DNA from: Psilocybe cubensis
Taxonomy: Eukaryota
Length of the DNA stretch: 64,000 nucleotides
Reading direction: 5' to 3'
Assembly: GCA_017499595.2 (NCBI GenBank)
Contig: CM039004.1
Span: 2,170,001-2,234,000 of the forward strand
Positions 52,035 through 64,000 of the stretch are shown here, one piece after another. The notes beneath the pieces were generated by a model. It was given only the letters and a program-made list of their open reading frames with translations, was not told the origin of the DNA and ran no database searches. How positions within the stretch are numbered: position 1 is the stretch's first letter; the number at the start of each line of letters is the position of its first letter. A program made the translations under genes and the position numbers.

Positions 52035-55000
52035 TCACCGCCCAACATTCACCGCGCCACCCTCAACCTGAATAGTCAACTCCTCCAACCCGCCAATCCC
52101 ACCCCTCAAATGCTTATCAACCCTCTCAACAACCCTCTCCGCATTCGTATACGTCGTCGTCCCGCGACTCGAATGCGGACCGTGCGGGTCAACAGCCGAC
52201 GCAGAAGGCGCGAGCTGGATATGTATCGATCCGATTAGAGTGGAGGAGTCTTTGGGCCAGAATCGTGGGTAGCTGTATGATGCGAGTCCTTCGATCGTCG
52301 ATAGCTATAGAAATAGGGAAAAGGGAAAAGGTGTATCAGTAAAAGACAAAAATTCAACAAGAAATATATATATATATATCAATCACCTCCGAAAGAGCAC
52401 TCTGAATATCCCTCTCCCGATCCGCCACATCCAGCGCCAAAACTTTGCCCGTGTCCATGACAAGCGGGACAACACTAGCAGCTATCAAAATCGCAATGAA
52501 CAACGACGCTATAGGATCAAACCCCGTCCATCCATAAAACTGGATGAGAAGAGTCGAAACTATAACTCCAACTGAACCCAACGTATCCTTAAAAAAAAGC
52601 AATATGAGAAAACCATACATGACAAGAGCATTTAAACAAATAAAATAAAAAATCGACGTACTGCCATAACATGCAAAAAAACACCTCTCATATTATGACT
52701 ATGTCCCTCATGAGAAGCAACCGCATGCGCCGACGGCACATGCACATTCGGCGCACGACGCGTCTCATGGTGATGATGACGGTGGTGCTCATCATAATGA
52801 TCATCATGACCAAACGTATAACTCGGCGTCAACGGCGTACCGCTCGACGACGACGACTCCGGCGGCTGGGGCGACACAACCATTGTCTGTGATTGCAACT
52901 GCGACTGCGACGGATTCCCAACAGGTGCGATATCCAACGATATCGATGGCCCACGTGAATGTCTACGCTGTGCGTGGCTATTCCCCGCCATAGGTCGCTC
53001 AGAAACACTGCTCGCTGACATTTTCCGTGAGTGGTCCGGAGAGCTTTGCGAATGGGAATGGGAATGATCGTGATCGTGCGCGGAAGTTGGTGAATGTGAA
53101 TGCGAGTGAGAATGCCCATGTTCTTCTTCATGACTATGCTTATGCTTATGGTCATTACCATGACCATGACCATGACCATGACCATGCCCATGATCTTCGT
53201 TGTGCCCATGATCGTGTGCATGCCCATGCTCATCATTAGTTGAAGCCGAATGCGAGTGCGAATGCGAATGCGAAGAATGATCATCACAACGCTCAGACGA
53301 ATGGTTTTCTCCTTCACGCGAATGCGAATGTTGCGAATGCGAATTTTGCAAATGCGAATGAGAATGCGAATGCGCCGCAGAGCTAGAAGGCGTACGGGTA
53401 TGCCCATGCGAATGCGCCAAATGACTAGTCGGCGCATGCTCATAAATAGGCGAAGAGACCGTATGAGAATGTACACGGCCACTATTAGGCGCTCGTGGAG
53501 AAGGCGGTGGTGGAGGGAGACTCAGCGAATGCGGTCGTGCGGACGCGGACGTCGGTGACAGCGGAGTAGTAGGTCCATGGGTATGGCTATGGCCTCCTCC
53601 ATGTCCATGATCATGACTGTGTCCTGAATGGTCCGCACCAGGTGTCGCATGCGAATGCGAATGCCCATGCGAGTGAGAATGACCACCCTATGCAACTTCC
53701 ATTAGTATTTTTTTCAGGCTGTCAAAGGATTTGAACGGAGGAAAACGTACGTGGTGGTGATGCCCGCCCATGGCAAACATCCCAAACAAGTTGACTGCAA
53801 GCCCTAATGAACTAACCAATAACAATTGACTAGTATTCATTTCTGGCGGCTCCAAACTAATTTCAAAAATTGATTACTAGGTCATATCATAAGTATGAAG
53901 GATTGAACGTACATTCGTTGTATGGCTTCAAACATGATAAAGATAGAGATCAAAATCAAAAAGATCCCATTTGCAAATCCAGACAACGTCTCAATTCGGC
54001 CGTAACTGCCCAAAAAAAATTCAATCAGAAAATATCCACTAACAAAGTTCAGCACACCACCTTACCCATAAGTAAATCGCTCGTTAGGCTCCCATGTAGC
54101 CATGACAGACGCAAACAGGCCCATCCCAATAGCCATACAATCAAACGCCATATGTATAGCTAAAAGAAAAAAAAAAATTTACGCTCAAACAACCTCGTCA
54201 TTGACGAATATAAGCAGACGGAACATACCATCAGAAATGAGACCTAGACTGTTAGTCCACACTCCATACAGCATCTGCACCAACATGTAACACAGGTTTA
54301 ACATCAAAAAATAAAATATCTTTCTAGATTCGGGATTGGAGAGAATGGTCTTGAGGTATGATCTAATCAATCTTGAAGTAGGTGTGCGTGGTACCACGGG
54401 TGTAAAAGCATCTATACTTTCCGGGTACATGCCTAAAATCCCAAATCCCAACTGAGTTAAAAGAAGAAGAAAAAAATTACTCAATAACCACCGCTGACGC
54501 ACCGACGTAGAGAAAAGATGCCACAAAGAGGTCCGTCCATAGAGGTGTTTGCCTAAACGAAAAGTTTCCGAGAATATGGGCTCCGATCAGTAATGTCGGG
54601 AATGAGAATCCAAAATGTTGAGGCTTGAAGGAAAGGTGGTTCAATGACTGCATCGTCATAGGGGTAAAAAATAAAAGGGAATATGCAACGATAGGGATGC
54701 ACGAGAGTGATATCAACGGTAGAATCGGTGTTGAGGGAAAGTCGAGCTATGGAAAACGATAGATTTAGAAAGAGAATTTTTTGTGTAGGAGTAGGAAAAA
54801 ATGGATACCACAAAACTTCGGAAAATGTAGAATGGAAGCGCGAAAATGGTAGCGCCCAACACACTCGCTGCCGTAGCGAATGTTGTTCCCAGTGACGGAG
54901 AAAGCACACCTAGAGTATGCTCCAAGGCGCTTGATGACAATCCGTGCAAAAGCAGGGCTCCATATCCCGGTGCATACTTCCCCACATCGGTAGAGAAGAG

Positions 55001-55747
55001 TTCAGTGTCCGATAACACTGAAACAAGCAAAGCTGCAACTACAGCAAGAGTTTTTCGGGTCTAAAGAGTAATTCAAGTGCCTTGAGCAGATGTCCAGCGC
55101 AATGCAGAAACGAAAGACATACCGAAGACGGGCTTATAAGTGATCCAACCCAATATGTCGAAAAATGGGCGAACAAAATGACACTGCATCAGGTATTCAA
55201 TAAGGTTTCCAATATAAAGTACAACTAAACTAAACACACCGAGCTGGCGACAGCCTATACAAAGCTGTAAACAGACAGCCGTACTGCACGAACTGCAACA
55301 AAGACGCCATCCCTAAGACAGTCCACTGGTACAGAACAAACACAATCAGCATCAAACCGACCCTTAGCATCTACGATCCAAGCCAGTACTCACCTCAATA
55401 GATTTGCGCTTCTCAGCCTGGCTAGTTAGAACTTCCCAAACCACAACTCCGAGGCCACCACAAGCCAGCACGCGCATCAACACCCAAAACACACCAACAT
55501 CAAAGTTCAACAGCCACTCCTTGGACGCATAGACCGCAAAGACAAATAGAACATTGGAGAGAACGATCCGGGGTACAAGTTTGCCTGGTATACTGGATAA
55601 TCAGAGGATGGGGGGGCGAATAGCAAGGTGTCGTGTCAGGGCGGCTTCTTTGGCAAATGAACCGGTGATATGGACGTACGACGTGGACAGGACTTTTGAG
55701 GGATTCAGACTAATCTTGTTCCTTGTGCGAGCATCTGGCACAGGCAT
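52035..55747 (-). CDS. CDF-family zinc transporter (Msc2/Cis4/ZnT5-like) with N-terminal multi-TM extension and very long His-rich loop
   Basis: ESRKIFYFLMLNLCYMLVQMLYGVWTNSLGLISD|AIHMAFDC, ETLSGFANGIFL, HNMRGVFLHVMA|DTLGSVGVI, FDPIASLFIA. Ends EELTIQVEGGAVNVGR*. Confidence 0.92.
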
Positions 55748-56225
55748 ACTACCGCAGCCAAGAGGAGACAAGGAAAGGAGGATGGGGACAAAGGAATGGA
55801 CTGGATGAAGCTTAACTGGATGACAATGTGCGTCTCTACCCTCGCTTCTTTGCCGTACCAAATGTAGAAATATCACGGAGTCAAAAACACGATCACGCCC
55901 CTTATTTCAAATGCGCCCAATACAAAATCACGACTATCGTTTCTTAACACTTGATCAAATCTGGCTGCGATAATGCCAACTACACAAGAGAATACATTGG
56001 ATAATTCAGCTCTAAACTATTGGTATCAAAACATAACATAGTTTTACATAGGGTAATTGGCCTTAGAATACTGTGAAATTGTGAATCCAAGATTATGAGG
56101 TATAACAGTAAGTAAATGTCATCCATGAGCATACCTTTACACGGATATCATAGAAAGAGAGGATAGAAAAAAAGAGAGACGAGGTATCAAGGGGATAAAA
56201 AAGGAATAACTAGATAGGAGTTTTG

Positions 56226-59200
56226 TCATCTATATTGCGCCATCAGGTTTTGCCATGACTCCTGCATATCGTGTGTAGGAGTCGTTAATTCTGGAGAAGC
56301 CGTCATATGAGACATCATAAATTGGTTCCCATTCCCATAACCACCATAAGAGTTCGAATAATATGACTGGTGATGGTGTCCATGGTTCATGTCCAGAGAC
56401 ATGCTCTGTGGCTGCTGTTGTAGAGAGTGGTTTGGGATTTGGTAAAGGAGAGACATGTCCCCTTGTGGGTCTGCAGTGGCACCATTTGGGTAATAGTCAC
56501 CCATATTGATGTTCACATTGAAGTTTTGTATGTGCGTGTAGTTCTGCCACGCGTTTGCATTCGACTGCTCGGGTGGATTGGCGAGGTATATCTGCGATTC
56601 CGCGAGGTTTGAAGGAGAGCTGTGATGAGAAGGAGGGCTTGGGGCAGAGACGGACGGAGAACCAGAGGATTTCCGGGAAACTAGTCTTGTCATGCCGCCC
56701 AAAGTGGACAACTCGTCCACCTCGCTCTTGATCTTGGGACCATAAAAAGAAAGTCGCGTAGCATTTTCGGGTTGTAAAGGAAGATTCGAGTTAGCCATCT
56801 GTGCCCTTTCCCTCAATTTGGCCAGTATGGGCTGATTATCGCCACGCGGTCAGTCCCTCCAACCAAAAATAAGTAAAAAGTAAACGTACTATAATTTTGC
56901 CAGCTCGTGCTTTATCCGTGACTCTGGTGAAAAGATTGTATGCGGAATCCAGATGTGATAGAGCAGACCGTGCCAGTCCCATCTGGGACTTCGCAGCTAT
57001 CGATCCAAGAACGATCTGTGAGGCACTTAAAACAAAATCTTTAATGAGGTGTACACAAAAATACTTACAGCACAAGAAAACACATGAGTGAACAAAAACC
57101 ACATCCTCTCCGTCAGCTGAGGGTGTTGATTATATAGGCTTTCAATCAAGCCTACGAACGACGTGGCGCTCGTATACGCAGCCAGCACTGAAGGCGAATA
57201 CTTACTGCCCATGGGATCGTTGGGGTTATCTTCGAGCGCCTGTGCAAAGAACCCGCGATGCATGTAGAACAGAGCTATTAATAGAAGAATTGTTTTTTTA
57301 ATAGTTCGGCGAATCAGTCCTGCTGTCGCAGAGTGGCCAAGAAAAGAAACGTGCTTACACATCTCCTTGATTGCAAAGGCAGTATAACGTTGCATCGTTA
57401 ACTGTACAGTGGGTTGCTCCACCTCCGTGCTGACCAGTTTCGCTGCTGCTCCAAATCCTGGTACTTGTAGACTCGGCGGAAAGTACCAGTTGCGTACTTT
57501 CCGATCTAGATCTTGAACGACTTTGTAACTGGGTGTACGCGTTCCAAATCCTTCATCGTGTACGATACTGAGACACTGTGAGACAAAACGATGCTTCCAT
57601 GCGGCAACTAAACGCAAATTTAGCATCAGATTGTACTTGCGGTAGTATATCAAACATACAACTCATTTCAATTTCTCCTGCCGAGTTCTTAGTCGTCTCA
57701 TGTGGCATCTGGTTGTCTATATGTGCCGATGATAACGAAGGTGGGCGCCCAAAAGTAAAACTCTGAAGGAGGAAAAATAGACGACGGTGTGAGCTCAACT
57801 CATGACAAGAATCAGAAAATCTAAGAAGCCATACAAAAATCCCACAGGACGTGTGAATGGCTTCTGCAGAAATGTAAACATACACATACCTGCCAGGAGT
57901 CGTAAGTTAGTAACTCGTAAAATAATTCGCGCCTTTTGCGGGTTTGTTCAGGGTCCAGATTCCACTTGCCACTGTCTCGGTCTTGAGTTCGGAACGAGGA
58001 TCAAGTAAGTATCAGTTTGAAAAATTCTTTACGTCAAAAGAAGCACTAACGCAAGCCAAGCTGGGGATTGAGCAACATGTCAGTAACGAACCGTATGAAG
58101 AACTAACACGATGACAAAAGGGCGACGCTATTTTTCTCAAAATAAACAGCGTTTGAAGGCCGGAGAAAGGATGTGAAAGGGGGAAAAGAATACTGTACTC
58201 ACACTTTGGGCGACTTTGACGATCATTCCCATAATTGTCCATCGAGGGTTGTAAATTTCCGCCAGGAACATGAAATGGCACATCAAGAACTGAGATAAGA
58301 AAATTTTCATGAGAAAAATTAATTGGGATAGTATGTAGGAATATACCATTGCTTGTATGCCAGCAATTGTCTGTTCCTCCAGAACGCAATCGATAGAAAG
58401 AGCCGCTCGCCCATAGTGGTAAAGTTGCATGGCTTCAGGGCTATGGGCTTCTCGATCGAGGTCCAAGAGCGTCCCGATGGCTAGCACCATGAACAGAATG
58501 GCGAGGTGGTGAGCACTGACGGTATCATACGATCCTTCCAATTCGTACATCGGGCGCCACACTGACTCATTGAAATCAACCTCCGTTATTGGGGTATACC
58601 TTGACGAAGAATCAGTTTATCAAACCCATCATGGACAAAAATTAACACACATCCAAGCAGCGTGTCGGAAATAGTTATCGCACTGAATCTTTGCTAGAGG
58701 CATACGCGGCAGTTTAGATATGAGGGACTGTCGAAGAGCATCCTTCATTTTCCCAATGGGAGGAGAGAACGGGAAGGAGTAGCTCAGCCAAGCAGGGTCG
58801 CTTGGTCCGGCGATATCATCTACACCTGCGGGCAACTCTTCCTCATCTTCTGAACCTTCCTCGTTCTATATGAATAACCATTAAACGGCGGCAAAACAGG
58901 TCTGAAAGAAAGGAAATCACCTGAAGGAGGTACTGAAGCAATAAGCTCATATTAGTTGTGATGCGCGTAATAGGAAAAGAATGCAGCCGGAGTTCTGGTT
59001 ACTTACCCAAGAGCTAGCAGTTCGTCCAAAGAATGTAGATTTCCCATCATTGGATATTGAACTTTACGGAGAACATGAGTGGGTGAGCAATGTAATTAGT
59101 AAATAGCATGAGTCAAGCCCAAATGATTGATGACATACAGAGAGCCTAATGAATCGATATTGTCCTCCGTTTCCGGCTTCTCTTCTACCTGAGGCACATC

Positions 59201-59901
59201 TAACCGTTCTCGCTCCAATGGACGTTTGATTTGCAGAAGTTCTTCGCTGAGAAGGGGGTGTGGGGTATGAGATGTAGCGGCATGAGATTGAGCGAGACCA
59301 TCTTCGAGCTGTCGCACTCGGTTTGCTAGAACCGTGATCTTTTCGTGCAGAGCTTCTGTGTTCGCCAAGACAAACCTAGAAAAGAAATCAGAGACTGGAT
59401 TCGAAGGCGGTACATGCTGTGCCATACCGATTACCCTTGCCCGTAGTGAGTGAGCCTAGATGATGAATAAGGACGGCAAATGACGGTACAATGTGGCACG
59501 ACAAGTACCTTCTGGACAGATAGCGGCACAACCTTTTTTGACACAATTGCTAGAGGATGGGATCGACATCATGATCAGGCTAACATCGATGTGGATAGCG
59601 GATGGCGGAGCATTACCTACACGGGAATGCGCGACTGCATCTGTGTGTAATCACGATACAGTCAGTTCCGGGGCATCTAGACGTGCCCTCAATGCGCAGG
59701 AAGGAGAAACATACTTGAGTTTAAGTCTATGCAGAAGGCTTTAACATAAAGTAGAAGATGTAAGGATATGAAGACGAACCTCCGACATTCAGCACAGGAC
59801 AGCGCTACGCCTCGGCGCTTAGGATGGCGCGCGACGAGCGAGCTGCCTGACTGTGCCGAGTCCTCCCGAGATGGATATGGAGGAGAGGCGGAAGAGGGCA
59901 T
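56226..59901 (-). CDS. Zn(II)2Cys6 transcription factor with fungal-specific TF domain, copy 2 (paralog of 36738-40150)
   Basis: SCAECRR|LKLK|CSRAFPCS|NCVKKGCAAICPE, GSLTTGKGNRFVLANTEALHEKI, AQSLGLHRDSGKW, SFTFGRPP, ERMWFLFTHVFSC, DELSTLGGMTRLVS. Confidence 0.9.
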
Positions 59902-60521
59902 GAAAGAGAAGCAGATGAATGAGTAAAGGATGTGGGGTAAGCCAGGTTAAGGTATATATATTTTGTGGGACTATCGGTCGGGAAAGAGCTCCGTCAACGC
60001 CTACGTCCCACTTTGGTAAATCTAATCCGTTAGAAATTTATTTCAAATTTGCCTCGATTTTTGATCGATCTTGCCAAATATATCTCTATTTGCACCTGCT
60101 TGGTCTAGTCCCTTTAAGTTTGAAAAAAAAATCAACCCAGGGCTTGCTCTTGCTCCTCGCCGCGTTTCATCCTTCCCAACACAGTGAGTCCAGTTCCTCT
60201 CGCTTTTCTATTTCTCTCTTGCTTTCTTGCAACAAGATGAACCATTTAGATGACGAGTCTGAACCCTGGTGCGGCAGAGTTTCTCTGTCGTACCAACATA
60301 TGACGACTCAATCAAATTTATACCATTCATGCTTAACTGATCTCCAATCTCCTGCCTCGGCCGTTACTTTTGTTTCGTCGTGCACGCTTCTTATCTATCC
60401 TTCGACCGCGCGATATGACCAGATTCTTACTGACTCTCTATTCTCTTCCTAGGATCTTCCGTATTCTCTCATCGATCTTGACCCCACACCTCTCTATCTC
60501 CTTGCAATTCAAAGCCTGACC

Positions 60522-62371
60522 ATGGTTCCTCCCCCCCGAGACGACGATTGGTCTGATTCAGACGATGACGACCTCTCGCAAGTAGAGACATCCGTATTGT
60601 TAGGTGTGCCAGACGGTAACGTCGACGAGGAAACAGACATCCTCGACGCTGCTGTCTCTCGTATTGGAGGACTTCCTGTACGATCCTTAGTCGCGTATTA
60701 CGTTCAGCAGAATGTATTGACATATCTTCTTTCCCCCCTCCCTGTTTCAATACATGTATTTTTCGAACAAAGGCACTGTTGTCTTCCCGTGAACCTTCTA
60801 TTACGTCTTCGCATTGCAAATCATGCAACGAACCAATGGAACTCCTTGTCCAAATGTGGTGTCCATTTGAAGACAGTCCCATGGATAGAGCTTTGTATAT
60901 CTGGGGCTGCTCTAGAGCTGGCTGTCAAGGCAAAGACGGCAGGTAAGAACTGGTGATCAAAGCTTCAGCGTCATCATGCTTTTAGTTCTGTTTCATGACG
61001 AATAGCAGTTAAAGTGGCGCATGCAGTCGTTTTGAAACGTCTTTTTATAACACCAGGCACTGACCCGTGTAATCCAGCATCCGCTCCTGGCGTGGTTTAC
61101 GCCTCAACGAAAAATATGCCGCAAAGCTTGCCAAAAAGCGTCAGCGTCAGCAGGAGCGTGCAAAGGCAAAAGCTGAAGCCGAGAAAGAAAGAGCGCGTCT
61201 CCAAGCTCATAAGAAAAAAGCCGGTAATCCATTCACAGTAAGTCGTTCAATCCATTCAAACCTGGGTCCGTACGACGTTCTTGGCCCTGCGCCTAAGTAC
61301 TCCACCTGTTAATTTCTCGTCGGTCGAACAACTCTGTTGATGCGTCTAATCCTTTATTATAGATGAATGGCAGCGAGGTTAATTCCGCACCCGCGTTTGG
61401 TTTCGGCGCTCATATATTCGGCGCTCCAACTTCGGTAACCTCGGTGCGCCGCTTTCAGTGAATGCATCAAAGATTGGCGTTGCTAACGCATCTCAAAGGA
61501 CGAAAGCCCACCGGTAGTGAAAGAAGAGGATGTTCGGGAGCGACAAGCTGAAGATGTGAATGACAGTGACTCGGATTCAGGATCGTCGGATGAAGAATCA
61601 CTCCTTACTGCTATGGCTGAGGCCACCATAAGTGAATCTCCTTGGCGATCCGCTCCTTCCTATCCCCCAATTTACCTTTCCACTGTGGCGGAATACTTGC
61701 CACCCCAGCCTAAACCCCGACTACCGCAAGGTATCAAAGTAGAAGATCTGCAAGACGACGATCGCAAAGAAAAGGATGTTAGTTGGGCGAAAGAAACATA
61801 CGAAGACTCACTGGAAGTTGACCAGGTCTTCGAGCGCTTCATGAAAAGAGTTGGCTACGAAGGCGAACAATGTGTCAGGTTTGTCGATTTTTTTTCTCTG
61901 CGAGATCTTTGTCAATTCAACATGTTTAGATACGAACTAAAGGGAACGCCACTTCCTTTCGCTTCTGACAAGACCTTTGACCTTCTTTGGCCTATGGTGA
62001 AGCAGGACCCATTGCCAGTGACCAAACCTGATTTCAAGGTGGTCCATAATCAACGGCGGGTCTACGATACATCCGCTGTCCCAAGATGTCCTCATTGTAA
62101 AGGCCCAAGGGTGTTTGAATGCCAGCTCATGCCCAACCTTATCAATATTCTTCGTCCGTCAACATCAGCAGACAACAAAAAAATGACAGACGAAGAACGA
62201 CGCAAGGCGGTTCAGCAAGCGCTTAAAAATGAAGACAAGTTGGCAAAAACTGGCATGGATTGGGGTACTGCTATGATTTTTTCGTGTGAGAATGACTGCT
62301 GTCAAGAAGACGGAAAAGACCTCAAAGATTGTTGGAGGGAGGAAATTGTGTATATTCAGTGGGATGTATAA
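60522..62371 (+). CDS. TSR4: Tsr4/PDCD2-like uS5 chaperone (PDCD2_C domain)
   Basis: VLLG..SRIGGLP, CKSC..MELLVQMWCP..DRALYIWGC, QCVRYELKGTPLPF, PRCPHCKGPRVFECQLMP, MDWGTAMIFSC, WREEIVYIQWD. Confidence 0.88.
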
Positions 62372-63393
62372 CGTCCAATACTAATGTAGTCATATATGTC
62401 CAACAATTACTTGTTTAGATACGAGCTTCGTCATATGTACAGGACCCTTCACTATGTATCCATTGAAGGATCAGCGAACCCTTCTTTGACGGCGCAGATA
62501 CCATAAACAGAAACTGCCTCATTGGGTATGTCGGCTCTTCGGGACCAGATCATCCTGAAGCTCAATACGATTTACAAAACACGCAAAAAACAGAGCTATG
62601 CGGGTATTTAGCACGTAATGCCATACATTTTGCGACGTGGGTCCCCATCCAAATAAAATACGGCAAACAAATGGACTGCGCTTCAAGTTGAGCCGCGAAC
62701 ATTATTAGAGCTATACAAAAATGGCGAGGCACTTGTTAGCTAACGGCTCAAGAAACATCCAGTCCTTTCTTTTGGTTCATACCTTCTCAAAGCGGCATTG
62801 CTGGTTAGATTATAGAGCGCCTCATGATACATATCAGGAGTAGATATAACCGTTAGGTGCAGAGACAATCCCCAAGGCGGACAACGGCAGCCACAGAAAG
62901 CTGAAAACACGTTGGAAGATAAGACACCGGGTCGTGAGTGGTGAATTCCCATAGCAAAGTTAACTGGCGTGCCGGCGCTAAAGACAGAGGCTTCTCCGTC
63001 TTTGAAATGAAATGCCGTTGCACAAATAGCGAAGATTAGCCTGAGTCGGACCGCAATAGAAGAACGGACAGATGGCCTACGAGAGGAACGCATGTTGCGA
63101 TTGCGAACGGACAGACGCCGAGGTATATTGAAATCTCACGACCATATGGAAAAGGCCTAAGTTGGAGCGGACCCGTGGTGAGCTCGGTGTTTGAAAGATG
63201 GATCAGAAACTGGCCCTTGCTGTGAGATCAGACATTTCAACAGAATGAAGAGGAATAGTATAGATATCAGTTTCTGAGTTTTGAGGTATAGATAGCCAAA
63301 TGCCACTTGACAATATCCGGTACAACGAAGGGGTCGTGGATCAAAGAATAAAAATAGGGGCTTCCGTGTTTGCTAGAAACAAACGTCCAAGTA

Positions 63394-63421
63394 ACGCGTC
63401 ACGCAGTTACGCGTCGCGAAA
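63394..63421 (+). promoter_or_regulatory. Cluster of MCB/SCB-like cell-cycle boxes upstream of the condensin gene
   Basis: ACGCGT at 63394-63399 and 63409-63414, and CGCGAAA at 63415-63421, about 50-75 bp upstream of the BRN1 ATG. Confidence 0.6.
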
Positions 63422-63469
63422 ACGCTATCACGTGGTACCAACCAGTCTTTGTTGAAGACGTCGATAATA

Positions 63470-64000
63470 ATGGCCCCCGCGCGTCGAGCTCGCTCGCCAT
63501 CTGCTGCTCAGCCCAACTACGCGGACACTACAGACGAGGACTCAGAACAAGAAACACCACGGCCCCATAAATCCCTTCTTAAGAAACGCCTCAGTGAGGT
63601 GTACCACCCAGATAACGATGGAGCCTCAGGCTCAGATCAATCTAACCGCCCGCCACTGAGGGCAGTTAATATCAACGACGATGCGGCTGAGAAGAGGAGG
63701 AGGAGGAAGAGTACTAAGCATGCTGTTATTGATAGCAGTGTGCTTGCTGGACCTTCTTCTGAGACGATGCAAACCCAGGAAGTCCCCGAACCTGCGCGAG
63801 GGGGCAAGCAAAAAACACTTCAATCAATCACACCCCTTTCCATTAATGTGGATATGGATGTAATGTCTTCAAATTTTGAAGAATGGATGAAAATGGCGAC
63901 GGACAATGTGTGTTTCTTTCATAAACGTTATTCGAGACACGCTAACGGATCCTTTGATTTAACAGAAAATCAATGCGTCAAACTCATGGAATTTCGCCCT
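63470..64000 (+). CDS. BRN1: Condensin kleisin subunit Brn1/Cnd2/Barren (5' part, runs off window)
   Basis: ATG at 63470 opens a frame through NINDDAAEKRRRRKS to NFEEWMKMATDN|KINASNSWNFA, the conserved barren N-terminal motif. Confidence 0.92.
   Translation, partial: MAPARRARSPSAAQPNYADTTDEDSEQETPRPHKSLLKKRLSEVYHPDNDGASGSDQSNRPPLRAVNINDDAAEKRRRRKSTKHAVIDSSVLAGPSSETMQTQEVPEPARGGKQKTLQSITPLSINVDMDVMSSNFEEWMKMATDNVCFFHKRYSRHANGSFDLTENQCVKLMEFRP

Noticed and set aside
52829-53558. RI- and RM-repeat ORFs in alternative frames
   Set aside because: Frame shadows of the (HS)n hexamer repeats in the zinc transporter.
60943-61077. Possible intronic C/D snoRNA in TSR4 intron 2 (ATGACGA...CTGA)
   Set aside because: The C box is imperfect, the CTGA coincides with the branch point, and I could not identify a terminal stem or rRNA guide. 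It needs snoscan/Infernal.
61879-61929. 51-nt stop-free in-frame intron in TSR4 (likewise 49093-49143 in the CCCH-Smr gene)
   Set aside because: Short 3n stop-free introns arise by chance among this many introns, and there is no evidence of functional retention.
62740-63093. 117-codon minus-strand ORF between TSR4 and BRN1
   Set aside because: No recognisable domain or splice support.

Overview
This is eukaryotic, intron-rich fungal DNA. Introns are mostly about 45-75 nt with GT/GC-AG ends and CTRAY branch points, and microexons are frequent. The gene set and structure point to a mushroom-forming basidiomycete (Agaricomycetes; inference, species not determinable). The ORF track is fragmented by introns, so I rebuilt genes by hand. 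From left to right: the 3' end of an unknown CDS; an ~11.5-kb stretch with no recognisable protein gene; SmB; a nitronate monooxygenase-family gene; pyruvate carboxylase; a GDP-mannose transporter; a PQ-loop (Any1-like) protein; clathrin heavy chain; Rho3; Zn2Cys6 transcription factor #1; an uncharacterised coiled-coil protein; a PAM2-CUE/UBA-CCCH-Smr protein; a GNAT (Lyc1-like) acetyltransferase; a His-rich CDF zinc transporter; Zn2Cys6 transcription factor #2 (paralog of #1); Tsr4/PDCD2; and the 5' end of condensin Brn1. I recognised no mobile element, rRNA, tRNA or CRISPR array. The most interesting signals concern RNA processing. (1) Two complete introns abut with a zero-length exon in clathrin, a recursive-splicing candidate, and Rho3 has a weaker second case. 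(2) Pyruvate carboxylase needs a 5-nt microexon. (3) Only 60 bp separate two tandem genes, suggesting a dicistronic or overlapping unit. (4) The gene-poor region holds spliced-looking ATG|intron micro-ORF units. All of these are predictions that need RNA evidence.
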